From IMG/VR virus record IMGVR_UViG_3300047094_002559: 62,297 bases of DNA; one strand, given 5' to 3'. A model generated the notes under the pieces. It saw only the letters and a program-made list of their open reading frames with translations, was not told the DNA's origin and searched no databases. The position numbers were made by a program, and so were the translations under genes. Source of the stretch: an uncultured virus (IMG/VR IMGVR_UViG_3300047094_002559) (taxonomy: Duplodnaviria; Heunggongvirae; Uroviricota; Caudoviricetes). Positions 46,564-55,164 of this stretch are shown piece by piece; position 1 is the stretch's first letter, and the number at the start of each line of letters is the position of its first letter.

Positions 46564-47205
46564 TTACATTCCCTGCTGCGGGCCGCTGAACATCTGCGCG
46601 AGGCGCTGCTCGAGTTCGTCGAAGTTCGCCATGACATCTTCCAGCTGCTGCTTCATTCCCTGCATCTCTTTCTCGTGTTGCTCGCTGCCGGCCGCCAGTT
46701 GCTCGATCACGCCGATGATCTCTTCGAGCATCTCGGGCGTAATCGGAGACGCCGGAGGAGGCTGCTGCTGCGGAGGCATCCCGCCCTGCATCATCGAAGG
46801 GTCCATCGGCATGCCGGTGTTCGGATCGACTGGCATACCCTGCGGAGGCATGCCGCCCTGCATCATTGACGGGTCCATTCCTGGAGGCATCCCCTGCGGA
46901 GGCATACCCTGCGGAGGCATACCACCTTGCATCATCGATGGGTCCATTCCTGGAGGCATCCCCTGCGGAGGCATACCACCTTGCATCATCGACGGGTACA
47001 TCGGCATGCCGGTGTTCGGATCGACTGGCATACCCTGCGGAGGCATGCCGCCCTGCATCATTGACGGGTCCATGCCTGGAGGCATGCCGCCGCCAGGCAT
47101 CGGCGGCGCGGCCATGAATGCTTCTTTGCGAATGGTTTCGAGGTCGGCCCGCTCCTGGCGCAAACGGGCGAGGCTTTGTTTCATGCTGGCGAGATCTGCG
47201 GACAT
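46564..47205 (-). CDS. Met/Pro/Gly/Gln-repeat protein with flanking coiled coils
   Basis: RKEAF, then repeated MDPSMMQGGMPPQG. Start chosen from promoter spacing. Confidence 0.7.
   Translation of the reverse strand: MSADLASMKQSLARLRQERADLETIRKEAFMAAPPMPGGGMPPGMDPSMMQGGMPPQGMPVDPNTGMPMYPSMMQGGMPPQGMPPGMDPSMMQGGMPPQGMPPQGMPPGMDPSMMQGGMPPQGMPVDPNTGMPMDPSMMQGGMPPQQQPPPASPITPEMLEEIIGVIEQLAAGSEQHEKEMQGMKQQLEDVMANFDELEQRLAQMFSGPQQGM
46765..47100 (-). repeat. Coding tandem repeats (GMDPSMMQGGMPPQ; GMPVDPNTGMPM x2)
   Basis: Repeated ccctgcggaggcat and tgcatcat units. Confidence 0.9.
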
Positions 47206-47212
47206 GAGTGGG

Positions 47213-47241
47213 AGTTTGGCAGAATCAGCGGCGCTCGTCAA
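47213..47241 (-). promoter_or_regulatory. sigma70-like promoter TTGACG-N17-CAAACT, 7 nt before ATG
   Basis: Directly after a terminator. Confidence 0.6.
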
Positions 47242-47248
47242 TCGAAGT

Positions 47249-47295
47249 AAAAAATCGGAGCACCGGCGCGGAGTTGCCCCCGCGCCGGTGTCGAT
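47249..47295 (-). terminator. Intrinsic terminator
   Basis: CACCGGCGCGG...CCGCGCCGGTG stem with a downstream T-tract on the minus strand. Confidence 0.75.
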
Positions 47296-47300
47296 GATTT

Positions 47301-47627
47301 TTACGGGACCACTGCCGGATCGGGGGCAGCGGCTGCCTCCGCGTTCGTCTGCATCTGCCCCTTGATCGCGACGAGCGCGAGCGCTGCAGCCGCCACCGCG
47401 TCGGGGTCCGCTTGCTGCAGATCTCCGATGGCGTCGACGAGCGCCTCGCGCTCGTCGCGTTGCTTCGCGATGTGATCGGCGCCGGAGATCATCTCCGCGC
47501 CGAAGTCCTTCATTTGCTTTTGCCATCCTGTGAAGTTCAGGACCCCGACCGCTTCAAGAGCGTGACCGGCAGCAGCGATGGGAGCGCCGAGGAGCAGACC
47601 TCCGGCGCGTATGATGGAACTAATCAT
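47301..47627 (-). CDS. Small hypothetical protein with hydrophobic N-terminus (monocistronic)
   Basis: AC-rich leader, own promoter-like motif and terminator. Confidence 0.65.
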   Translation of the reverse strand: MISSIIRAGGLLLGAPIAAAGHALEAVGVLNFTGWQKQMKDFGAEMISGADHIAKQRDEREALVDAIGDLQQADPDAVAAAALALVAIKGQMQTNAEAAAAPDPAVVP

Positions 47628-47685
47628 TTAGTATTGGTGTTGTTGTTGGTGTTCGTGCGTTGGGCGGTATGCCCTCAGCAACATA

Positions 47686-47713
47686 TTATGACACCGCAAC
47701 ACCCCGAATTGCA
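47686..47713 (-). promoter_or_regulatory. TGCAATTC-N13-GTCATAA motif, copy 1
   Basis: Identical boxes and spacing at 55165-55192. Confidence 0.55.
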
Positions 47714-47719
47714 GACTGC

Positions 47720-50257
47720 TCAGTCCTTGTTCAGCTTGCTGGAGATACCAGCGCCGGCAGTCCCCAAGCCGGCGAGTCCAAGCAGGGCCCCGACTGTTTT
47801 CAGTTTGGGCGACAGCTTCGTGCTGACCGCCGAAAGCAGCGAGCCGTAACCTCTGACGCTGTTTGCCTGCAGAAATTTCCGCAGCCCTTTGCCCGCCATA
47901 AACGGAGCATCGTCGGCATTGACGCCGCGCATCATCCGCCGCTCGCGGTAGAAAAACGGAGCCAGCTTATCGAAAGTGCTCCCTTGGACTTTACCCTCTT
48001 CCAGTCGCTTGAGATAAGGCTCGAACCGCTGAAGCATAGACACGTCTTCCGGCGCGCGGGCAATACGCAGCGCCTCGTCGGCCCCCATGACTCTCGATAC
48101 TTCCGGAGTCAGGCGCAGTTGCGGATCTGCGGCGTGCGACAACATCTCGCGCGACAGCAGCGCACGAGGCGTCTTTGCCCCTTCAGCGTAGTGCGTCTGG
48201 TTGTCCATGATTGCCCAGCGCTTCTTCTGATCCACTATGTCTCCCATACCGAGTCCAACCTTCAGCGTAGTCTTCCAGTCATCCGACAACGACGTCAGCG
48301 GAAACCTGGAAGTAAGCACGTGCGCCGGGACGCCCATGATCCGCAAGTTCGACATGGCCTTCGCGGCGTCAGCATACTTGTCCACGATGCCCAGGTATTC
48401 CCGGATTCTGGGCGCGTCGGCAGTCCAAAGATGATCCGGATATTTCTGCGCGTAACGTCGCGTCGCGTTGACGTAGTCACGAGCCAGCGGTCGAATTTTC
48501 GCAAAAGAACGTCCAGTGTCGTAGATGCCTGCGCCGAGCACGGCGGCGCCGCCACCTGCGCCGATGGCGACGTTGTCTCGAGTATTCGTCGCAGCCGCCT
48601 TGTTCAGCCGCAAGTCAATGGGCGCCTGCGCCGTCTGGTTGCCTCCGAACAGTTTCGACAGCAATGCTCCACCACCTGCCAGCGCGCCGGCGCCGAGTGC
48701 CAGTTTACCGGCGCCATGCCGCAGCGCCGCGCTCCGGCCGGCGCGCAGCTGGCCCTCCAGCAGCGACTTGAACATGCCGCGACCGCCTTGAATGTCCTGC
48801 AGCGTCAGCGCGGCCTGCTGCGCGCGTCCGCCTTGGAGCTGCGGCAGTTCTTTCAGCAGATTGGCGAACCCGTCGTAATCGCCAGACTGCAGCGTCTTTA
48901 CACCGCGCAGTTCGAGATAGTCACGAATACCATCCAGTCCGCGGCGGACGACGCTCTCCCCTTTTGCGTCCTGGAACACCGAAGGGTTCATCCAGTTCCT
49001 TGCCGCCGATTCAGCCAGATGCTGGTCCGCGGGAAGTCCCTGGTTGATCGTCGCCCGCAGTTTATTCTCGAACCCATGAATGCCTCGGTCTGCGATCAGA
49101 TCCGACTCCGACCACGGAACATTTTGGCGGGCCTTGAAAACCTGCTCATCGTCGATCAGCGCGATCGGTGCGCCGCCGTGAGCCAGAGCTTCGAACGGAC
49201 TAGACCCGCCCATCCCCATGACGTGCAAGTCGGAGTTACCGATCAGCGAGTTGAACCCGGACGGCCCTCCAGTCTTTGCAGTCGTACCTGGAACGATGAA
49301 AATGTTCTTCTGCGGTCCGCCTGCGTGTGCGATCGCCGTTTCGCGCGCCAGATTTGGACCCTGGCCTCCGACTCCGAGAATGACGTAATCGTCGAGGTTG
49401 TGACCTTTGGCCTTCAGCGCTTCGGCAACCCACCGCGCGCGGGCGCCGACAGTATCGCCGCGGGTCGCGCCGGAGACTGTGATGATCTTCTTGCCGCGGA
49501 AGGTGTCGGGCGTGATCCCCTGGAACCCGCCGTGTTGCGTCATGTGCTGCGCCAGAAATTTCGAGTAGGCGTCGCGGTCCATGAGCGGGCTGAGATTTTT
49601 CGTCTCCACCAGCGGGTGTGCGCGCCCCATGTAGTGCAGCTTGCCGCCGGACAGCACATGCGACGGCCCTGGGTCGAAGTTGCCGTAAGTCGCCGCGTGC
49701 GTGTCGCGCAGCCCGGAAATCCGGCGCGCATCCCCAGTCGCCATGTAGCCCGTCGCGTCGTTGCGTCCATCCGGTTGGAATTGCAGAAAGTTTTCGAACC
49801 GCTGCCGAAAATGAGGATCCTGCTGTCGCACATTCTCCCCGCGCATGCGATCCATCCAGCTCGCGCGCGTCGGCGTGACATCGTGTGCGCGTTCCGGATC
49901 CAGCAGCCCCCATCCCGTGTCGACGCCAGTCAAGAACCGCTTCCCTTTCATGGCCTTCGCCGCCTCGTCTGATATCTTGCCCTCGTAGGAAATCACCGGG
50001 GCGTCGTTGACGTTCATTCGTCCCAAAAAGTTGTCGCGATTTTGCGCCTTCAGTTCCTCCAGGATGCGGCGGATCTGCGCCGCCGGCTCTTTGTGCCCGC
50101 CTCCCATAGGAGCTGCGGCGCCGTAAGTCAGCAGCACGTTGCGGTTGTTCAGGTCCGCCAATCCAGAACGACCCAGCGCGCCACCGAGCCCGAGCATGCC
50201 AGCGCCAGCGATTCCGGACGGCCATGGATTCTCGGAGGTTGAAGCTTGCTTGCTCAT
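47720..50257 (-). CDS. Modular protein with GT28/MGDG-synthase-like glycosyltransferase module
   Basis: 'VLLTY...MGGGH..PA', 'ITVSGATRG', 'SDLHVMGMGGSSPFEALAHG.P'. Modules open at SKQAS and NKAAA and are bounded by glycine-zipper helices. Confidence 0.7.
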   Translation of the reverse strand: MSKQASTSENPWPSGIAGAGMLGLGGALGRSGLADLNNRNVLLTYGAAAPMGGGHKEPAAQIRRILEELKAQNRDNFLGRMNVNDAPVISYEGKISDEAAKAMKGKRFLTGVDTGWGLLDPERAHDVTPTRASWMDRMRGENVRQQDPHFRQRFENFLQFQPDGRNDATGYMATGDARRISGLRDTHAATYGNFDPGPSHVLSGGKLHYMGRAHPLVETKNLSPLMDRDAYSKFLAQHMTQHGGFQGITPDTFRGKKIITVSGATRGDTVGARARWVAEALKAKGHNLDDYVILGVGGQGPNLARETAIAHAGGPQKNIFIVPGTTAKTGGPSGFNSLIGNSDLHVMGMGGSSPFEALAHGGAPIALIDDEQVFKARQNVPWSESDLIADRGIHGFENKLRATINQGLPADQHLAESAARNWMNPSVFQDAKGESVVRRGLDGIRDYLELRGVKTLQSGDYDGFANLLKELPQLQGGRAQQAALTLQDIQGGRGMFKSLLEGQLRAGRSAALRHGAGKLALGAGALAGGGALLSKLFGGNQTAQAPIDLRLNKAAATNTRDNVAIGAGGGAAVLGAGIYDTGRSFAKIRPLARDYVNATRRYAQKYPDHLWTADAPRIREYLGIVDKYADAAKAMSNLRIMGVPAHVLTSRFPLTSLSDDWKTTLKVGLGMGDIVDQKKRWAIMDNQTHYAEGAKTPRALLSREMLSHAADPQLRLTPEVSRVMGADEALRIARAPEDVSMLQRFEPYLKRLEEGKVQGSTFDKLAPFFYRERRMMRGVNADDAPFMAGKGLRKFLQANSVRGYGSLLSAVSTKLSPKLKTVGALLGLAGLGTAGAGISSKLNKD

Positions 50258-53200
50258 CGGTTTCGGTTGTGCGGCATCTGCGCGGCATTATGATACCTGA
50301 GCACGTCGGGATCGACAACTCCTTTCGGCATGTGCAGCCGGAAGCCGGTCGGGATGTGCGTCACACCCACGATGCCTTTGCCGTCGTCCGAGTCGATCGA
50401 CCAGTCCTCCGCGTGCCGACGCATGTTCTGCCGAATCAGCTTGTGCTTCATCGAGTAGTCGCCGGCGTCCGAGTGCTCCTTGGCGGCTCTCAGCGCCGGG
50501 AGCGCCGGATGCGCCTGGCCCTGCTTGAACAGGTCCAGCATTCCCTGTATCGGCGCCGCGGGAGGCGGAGGCGGAGGCAGCGCCGGGATTGCCGGTGGCG
50601 TGACCAGCCCTTTGAGCATGTCCTGGATCTTCTGCGACGGCATGCGCGACTTTATTCCCAGCCGCATGACATCTGGATGCTTAAAGAAGTATCGACGCAG
50701 AACTTCGGGCGTGGAGTCGAATGCCGCAGCGAACGACTCTGCGCCGCCCACGCCTGACTTCCGAACATTCCGGATATTCTCCAACGCCTGTGCGATGCTC
50801 TGCAGACGCTTGGCGCTCGCCTGCTTGGCGAACTTCTCCTGCACGGGGGCAGCCTGCTGCACGATGCCTGGAATGACGCGACGCTGCCACTGCTTCAGCG
50901 ACTTCAGGTAGGCAGGATCGGCGGCTGGATCACGCATCCCGCGCAGCATACGCTGCGCATCTACCGGCACCGATTTAATCGAATTCTCGAACACCGCCGG
51001 GTCTGCGTGATGCACATTCATGGATTCCAACCATTTGTCGTAAGCCTCCGGACTGGTGATTCGACTACCTGTATCCTTGAACTGCTGCGCCTGGATCGTC
51101 GACATGTAACCGCGATGCTCACCGGGCTTCAAATCGTGCGGAAGCTTGTCCATAAAGTTCTGACGCTCCACGTATCCCGGGTCTTTGGCTGGTCCTACAA
51201 AATAAGCGTCGTCATGCTCACCAACCGCCCAGTTATCACCCGCAGCGTGGTTGACTTCGTGGGCCAGCACGTCCGCCGGCTTGGCCCCTGCTGCCGCCAT
51301 CTCTGGCGACTCGTCGCGTAAAAATTTACCCGCATCCGCAGGCATGAAAACAGCGCTGCCGTGTATGCCTTGCTGCACAAACGGAGCGTATTGACTGTTT
51401 GATGTCGGATTGCTAGTGACCACGGTCACCGGACGCTGCCAGCCGTCCGTCGTGTTCGGCAGCTTGTTCTTCAGATTGTATTGCGCTGCCTGTTCCAGCT
51501 GCGCCGGAAATTGATCCCCGTAATATGGCGTTTTGAAATCGGCTGGATTTACAGTCGATTTTGAATCCATCAGGTTTACCTCGGCACCTGGCGGCTTTCC
51601 CGGCGCGGTAGGCCGTGGCTTGGCGTTCCAGTTCATGGGAATTTTACCCGTAACAGTCCGCGGACGCCTTACCGGCTCCAGCATTCCGACAGTTCCTGCC
51701 TTGTGCATCTCCTGCCACGCTGTCGCGGCTTTTTCGAATGCGTTTTCCACGGGGACGTAAGCGGCGGATTTCTCGACGCCTTCCTCCTCATCTTTCTGGC
51801 GTCGCCGGCCGGAGATCCAGCCGCCTGCCATGCCCGACAGCACGCTGGGCAACACCCCGCCCGCAAGGTAGGTCGACAGCGCACTCAGCAGGTCCTTCTT
51901 CCCCTCGGCGCTCAGCGACCCGTCGCCAAGACCCTTCAGGTGCCGCAGCGCGTGGTAGCTGGCGCCCGCTTCGGGGCCGACCGTTCCCAGACTGGACAGC
52001 AGGCCGATGCCGGTGCCATACAACCCGCCCTTCAGCGTGCTGCCGCTCGCCAGGCCGGCCGCCATCGAACCAGCGGCCGCCATCGGCGCCACCCATCCCT
52101 GGTGAGGGTAGATGTGCCGCTGTAGGAAGCGCAGCATGCCCGGGGTCTCCTCGATCTTCGCATGCCCTGCCTCGTGTCCGATGACCGGCGCTCCGGCGCG
52201 CTCGTTCGCCACCATGACTCCGCTGCGCATCAGCCGCTGCAGCTTCTCCATGGTGCGTCCGTATTCCCCCTTCGTCGTCGGGGTGCGCGGCGTGACATCC
52301 CGCAACCCGGAGAATTGCCGCATGAACTGCAGCCCTTCCTTCTCGGTGTTGGGCTTGTAAAAAAATGCGTTGGCCGTCCCATCGGCGTTCGACGCCAGCA
52401 TCAGCGGCTCGGTACCTGAGATGCTTGCGATCGTGCCTGGCCACTTGTCGACACCAAGCGGCGGAGTATTCGACACCTCGCGCACCGCCCAGTTCTGCGA
52501 GGCGCTGCGTCCGAGCGATCCAAGCAGCGCAGCAGCGATAGTGAGCGGGATGACCGGGGAGTTGCGCTGTTCGGCGAATTCGGCCTGCTTGTACAAATCC
52601 GGCAGCCCCTTGTATCCCGGCGTGAAGCCGTGCGGTCCGGCGGCCAGGATACGCTGCTGCACCGGGTTGCCAGTCTGCGGAAGATTGCGGACGTATGACG
52701 AAAACGATGGCGCTCTGGCTCCCTTGAAGTATGCCATCGCTTCCGGCCTCGCTCCTGCTTGCTGCAGAAATTGCAGGGCTGAGTTGTTGGCCCCCAGTTC
52801 GTTCATCACCTTGTCCATGTGCGGCAGCCCCGGCACTTCGTGTCCGCCCATGCTGTCACCGATTCCAGCGCGGCGCATCGCCCGGTGGTTCATGTGGTGT
52901 CCGCCCTCATGGAGGAGCGAAGCGATTGGCGACGGGTTGGTGCCGCCAGGCGTCCCTTGCCCGTATGTGAAGCGGAAGGCGCCGGCGTCTGGCTGCATGG
53001 TCATCGTGTTTCTTGGTCGACCTTTTCCGACGTCGAGAACAGTGTCCCGGAACGCCTGCTGCGTGGGGTCCCAGGATCCTCGCGAATAGCCGGACGTTCC
53101 AACCGGAAGCTTCGCGCCGGTGTTCGGCAGTCGCGCTCCGACCGTTTCCGGAATCACCCGCCGCACCGCTGCGCCTTCGTTTCGCAACTGCCGAAGGAAT

Positions 53201-53835
53201 GCCTTGATCGGTCCGGTGTGTCCGGTGAGCGCCTTGAATCCAAGCACCGCCTTCTTGTGCATCTGGCGGCGGGCCTGTGCCTCCTCGTTGTCCAGTGCGC
53301 TCACAATCCCTGACATCGACACGCCCAGGAGCGGGTGCAGTCCGGACGCGGCGAGATGAAACGCGTCGCCCGCTTCGGCGATCGAACTGTAGCCCTTGTA
53401 TTTGCGGTCCCGCATCGTCTCGTAGGCGTTGACCGCGCCGAGCCGGTTGCTGCCGCCGAACCAGCCCGGGTTGTCCAGCAGCGCCTTGTCGTCCAGCTCG
53501 CGCAGCCGCTTGCGCTTCTCCGTGTCGTAGGACTTCTGGATGCTCCGCAGCTCCAGGTGTCGCAGCAACTGCACGATCGCGAGCGGGCCGAGCATTGCCG
53601 CGGCGCGCACCGGTTTGGACTGGTCTGCCGTGTAGGCCCCGCCGACGGCACCGAGGCCCATGGCCAGCAGCTGCGTGACCCGAGGATTGTCGACAAGCAC
53701 CGAGGGATCGCGACCCACCCGCGCAGCCATCACCTGGGCTGCGCCGGCACGACGGGCCCCCGAAGGCATCAGCGGAATAAAGTCCGCGAGCAACGGGCCG
53801 ATTCCTGTTCCTAGCGATTCGGGAGTTTGCGACAC
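50254..53835 (-). CDS. Modular polyprotein-like protein with three HExxH metallopeptidase-like modules
   Basis: HEGGH, HEAGH, HEVNH. Boundaries HKKAV, YKQAE, EKSAA, EKAAT, AKQAS, FKQGQ. GTG start at 53835 chosen from promoter spacing. Confidence 0.7.
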   Translation of the reverse strand: MSQTPESLGTGIGPLLADFIPLMPSGARRAGAAQVMAARVGRDPSVLVDNPRVTQLLAMGLGAVGGAYTADQSKPVRAAAMLGPLAIVQLLRHLELRSIQKSYDTEKRKRLRELDDKALLDNPGWFGGSNRLGAVNAYETMRDRKYKGYSSIAEAGDAFHLAASGLHPLLGVSMSGIVSALDNEEAQARRQMHKKAVLGFKALTGHTGPIKAFLRQLRNEGAAVRRVIPETVGARLPNTGAKLPVGTSGYSRGSWDPTQQAFRDTVLDVGKGRPRNTMTMQPDAGAFRFTYGQGTPGGTNPSPIASLLHEGGHHMNHRAMRRAGIGDSMGGHEVPGLPHMDKVMNELGANNSALQFLQQAGARPEAMAYFKGARAPSFSSYVRNLPQTGNPVQQRILAAGPHGFTPGYKGLPDLYKQAEFAEQRNSPVIPLTIAAALLGSLGRSASQNWAVREVSNTPPLGVDKWPGTIASISGTEPLMLASNADGTANAFFYKPNTEKEGLQFMRQFSGLRDVTPRTPTTKGEYGRTMEKLQRLMRSGVMVANERAGAPVIGHEAGHAKIEETPGMLRFLQRHIYPHQGWVAPMAAAGSMAAGLASGSTLKGGLYGTGIGLLSSLGTVGPEAGASYHALRHLKGLGDGSLSAEGKKDLLSALSTYLAGGVLPSVLSGMAGGWISGRRRQKDEEEGVEKSAAYVPVENAFEKAATAWQEMHKAGTVGMLEPVRRPRTVTGKIPMNWNAKPRPTAPGKPPGAEVNLMDSKSTVNPADFKTPYYGDQFPAQLEQAAQYNLKNKLPNTTDGWQRPVTVVTSNPTSNSQYAPFVQQGIHGSAVFMPADAGKFLRDESPEMAAAGAKPADVLAHEVNHAAGDNWAVGEHDDAYFVGPAKDPGYVERQNFMDKLPHDLKPGEHRGYMSTIQAQQFKDTGSRITSPEAYDKWLESMNVHHADPAVFENSIKSVPVDAQRMLRGMRDPAADPAYLKSLKQWQRRVIPGIVQQAAPVQEKFAKQASAKRLQSIAQALENIRNVRKSGVGGAESFAAAFDSTPEVLRRYFFKHPDVMRLGIKSRMPSQKIQDMLKGLVTPPAIPALPPPPPPAAPIQGMLDLFKQGQAHPALPALRAAKEHSDAGDYSMKHKLIRQNMRRHAEDWSIDSDDGKGIVGVTHIPTGFRLHMPKGVVDPDVLRYHNAAQMPHNRNR

Positions 53836-53841
53836 TCCGGG

Positions 53842-53870
53842 AGAGTAGCGGGATTGTGCAACGAGTTCAA
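53842..53870 (-). promoter_or_regulatory. sigma70-like promoter TTGAAC-N17-TACTCT, 6 nt before GTG
   Basis: Follows a hairpin. Confidence 0.6.
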
Positions 53871-53879
53871 CCACGTAAA

Positions 53880-53920
53880 GAAGAGCGACCACCGCCGGCT
53901 CCCAGGGCGGGAGCCGGCGG
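53880..53920 (-). terminator. Probable terminator hairpin
   Basis: 12-bp stem CCGCCGGCTCCC/GGGAGCCGGCGG after the 53937 stop; T-tract is imperfect. Confidence 0.55.
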
Positions 53921-53936
53921 GCGCGGCGGAAGCGGC

Positions 53937-54446
53937 TCAATAGCCACGCGGATGAGGCGGCGGCTCCCCGCGCTTCCACCAATCCTCGTCTGTTGGGTCC
54001 ATGTCGCGCATGTCGCGCATGCCGTCCTGCAGCATTTCCGGGTGGTTCTTCGCGATCTCGTCGTATGCTGTCCGCGCCTCCTTCTTGAGCGCGATCTCCT
54101 GCGTGTCGGAGATGTAGCCGCCGTAAGAGGCGAACCACAGTGCCCCGGCGACGTCCACGCCGACGACGTGGGTCGATCCAAACGCCATACGGCCTTGCGG
54201 CGTCGTGACCACCAGGTGCAGGAACACCTGCTCCGGCTGCTCCGGATCGGTCAAGTGCCTCGTCGCCGTGATGTCATACTCGAGCGTGCAGAACTCGGCG
54301 TGATCCGGCGACGGGCCGTCCACAAACTGGAGCGGGCGCAGCGCGGTCATGTGGTCCTCGACACGGGTGATGTCTCGCGCGGCGTCGAACGGGCGCAGCG
54401 CGTCAGGGGGCGATGGACTGACGTATTTGGCGATGATGTTGATCAT
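53937..54446 (-). CDS. Hypothetical protein (MINIIAKY...)
   Basis: Start trimmed to ATG 54446. High-GC3 codon pattern; no KxA organisation. Confidence 0.6.
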   Translation of the reverse strand: MINIIAKYVSPSPPDALRPFDAARDITRVEDHMTALRPLQFVDGPSPDHAEFCTLEYDITATRHLTDPEQPEQVFLHLVVTTPQGRMAFGSTHVVGVDVAGALWFASYGGYISDTQEIALKKEARTAYDEIAKNHPEMLQDGMRDMRDMDPTDEDWWKRGEPPPHPRGY

Positions 54447-54495
54447 GTGGTAATTGTAGGCCGATGCTCGGCGTTGGAAACATAAAATGAGGGTT

Positions 54496-54529
54496 GCAGC
54501 GGGGCCGATGTCACCACCGGCCCCGCTGC
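54496..54529. terminator. Stem-loop after the 54535 gene
   Basis: GCAGCGGGGCCG...CGGCCCCGCTGC. Confidence 0.5.
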
Positions 54530-54534
54530 GTTGA

Positions 54535-55158
54535 TTACCTCTCGATGAGACTGAGATGGTAGGCCATCTCTTCCATCGCCACAGTGACGCTGCCGCCACT
54601 GAATTGGTCGAATGCGGGGCGGAAGAAACCAGTGCGCCGGTTGACGCCGAAGCGCCCGCCGGGGCAGACCTCTGCCCACACCGTGTAGGTGCCGGCGAAG
54701 ACTCCGCGCCGCACGCGTGTGGTCATCTCCACCCGCTCGCGCGCGTGGTTGACGACCGGTTCGCCGTCCTGGCGGATGTCCGCCTTCCGGTCGCGCCGGT
54801 CGACGAATGTCGTCAGGCCGGCCGTGACGAACCGCACGGCCTCGCGCGCCTTCGACACTCGGCGGCGAACGTCGAGATCCGCCGCGGTGTAGACCTCGGC
54901 GAATGCGACGGCGCCGCGTTCCTCGGGGGTGCGCCGGAGCAGCTCTTCTTCGACGCGGCCGCGCAGCGCTTCGAGCTGGATGTCGTCCAGCTCGCGCACG
55001 CCGCCGCCGAGTGGCGACGGCGTCGACGGGTCGGCGCCGTCGCGCGGCGGGTTGTCTTCGCCCGGACGTTCGTCCGGGTCGAAGTCGTTATCTTCAGGGT
55101 GGACCGGCGGGTTCATGACCCCCGGCTTTTTGGATTTGTGAGTAGTGGACGTGTTCAC
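54535..55158 (-). CDS. Hypothetical protein
   Basis: Clean ORF after the promoter-like motif. Start uncertain (55158 or 55116). Confidence 0.6.
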   Translation of the reverse strand: MNTSTTHKSKKPGVMNPPVHPEDNDFDPDERPGEDNPPRDGADPSTPSPLGGGVRELDDIQLEALRGRVEEELLRRTPEERGAVAFAEVYTAADLDVRRRVSKAREAVRFVTAGLTTFVDRRDRKADIRQDGEPVVNHARERVEMTTRVRRGVFAGTYTVWAEVCPGGRFGVNRRTGFFRPAFDQFSGGSVTVAMEEMAYHLSLIER

Positions 55159-55164
55159 AATTTC

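Noticed and set aside
46765..47100. Repeats here and at 9062-9310 as possible CRISPR arrays
   Set aside because: Units are in-frame multiples of three, have no unique spacers, and no cas genes are nearby.
53836..54138. ORF-track N-terminal extensions (also 6539-7033, 4120-4377, 27857-28057, 47206-47526, 58972-59040)
   Set aside because: They overlap better-supported genes or terminators; internal starts fit promoters or stop-start overlaps.
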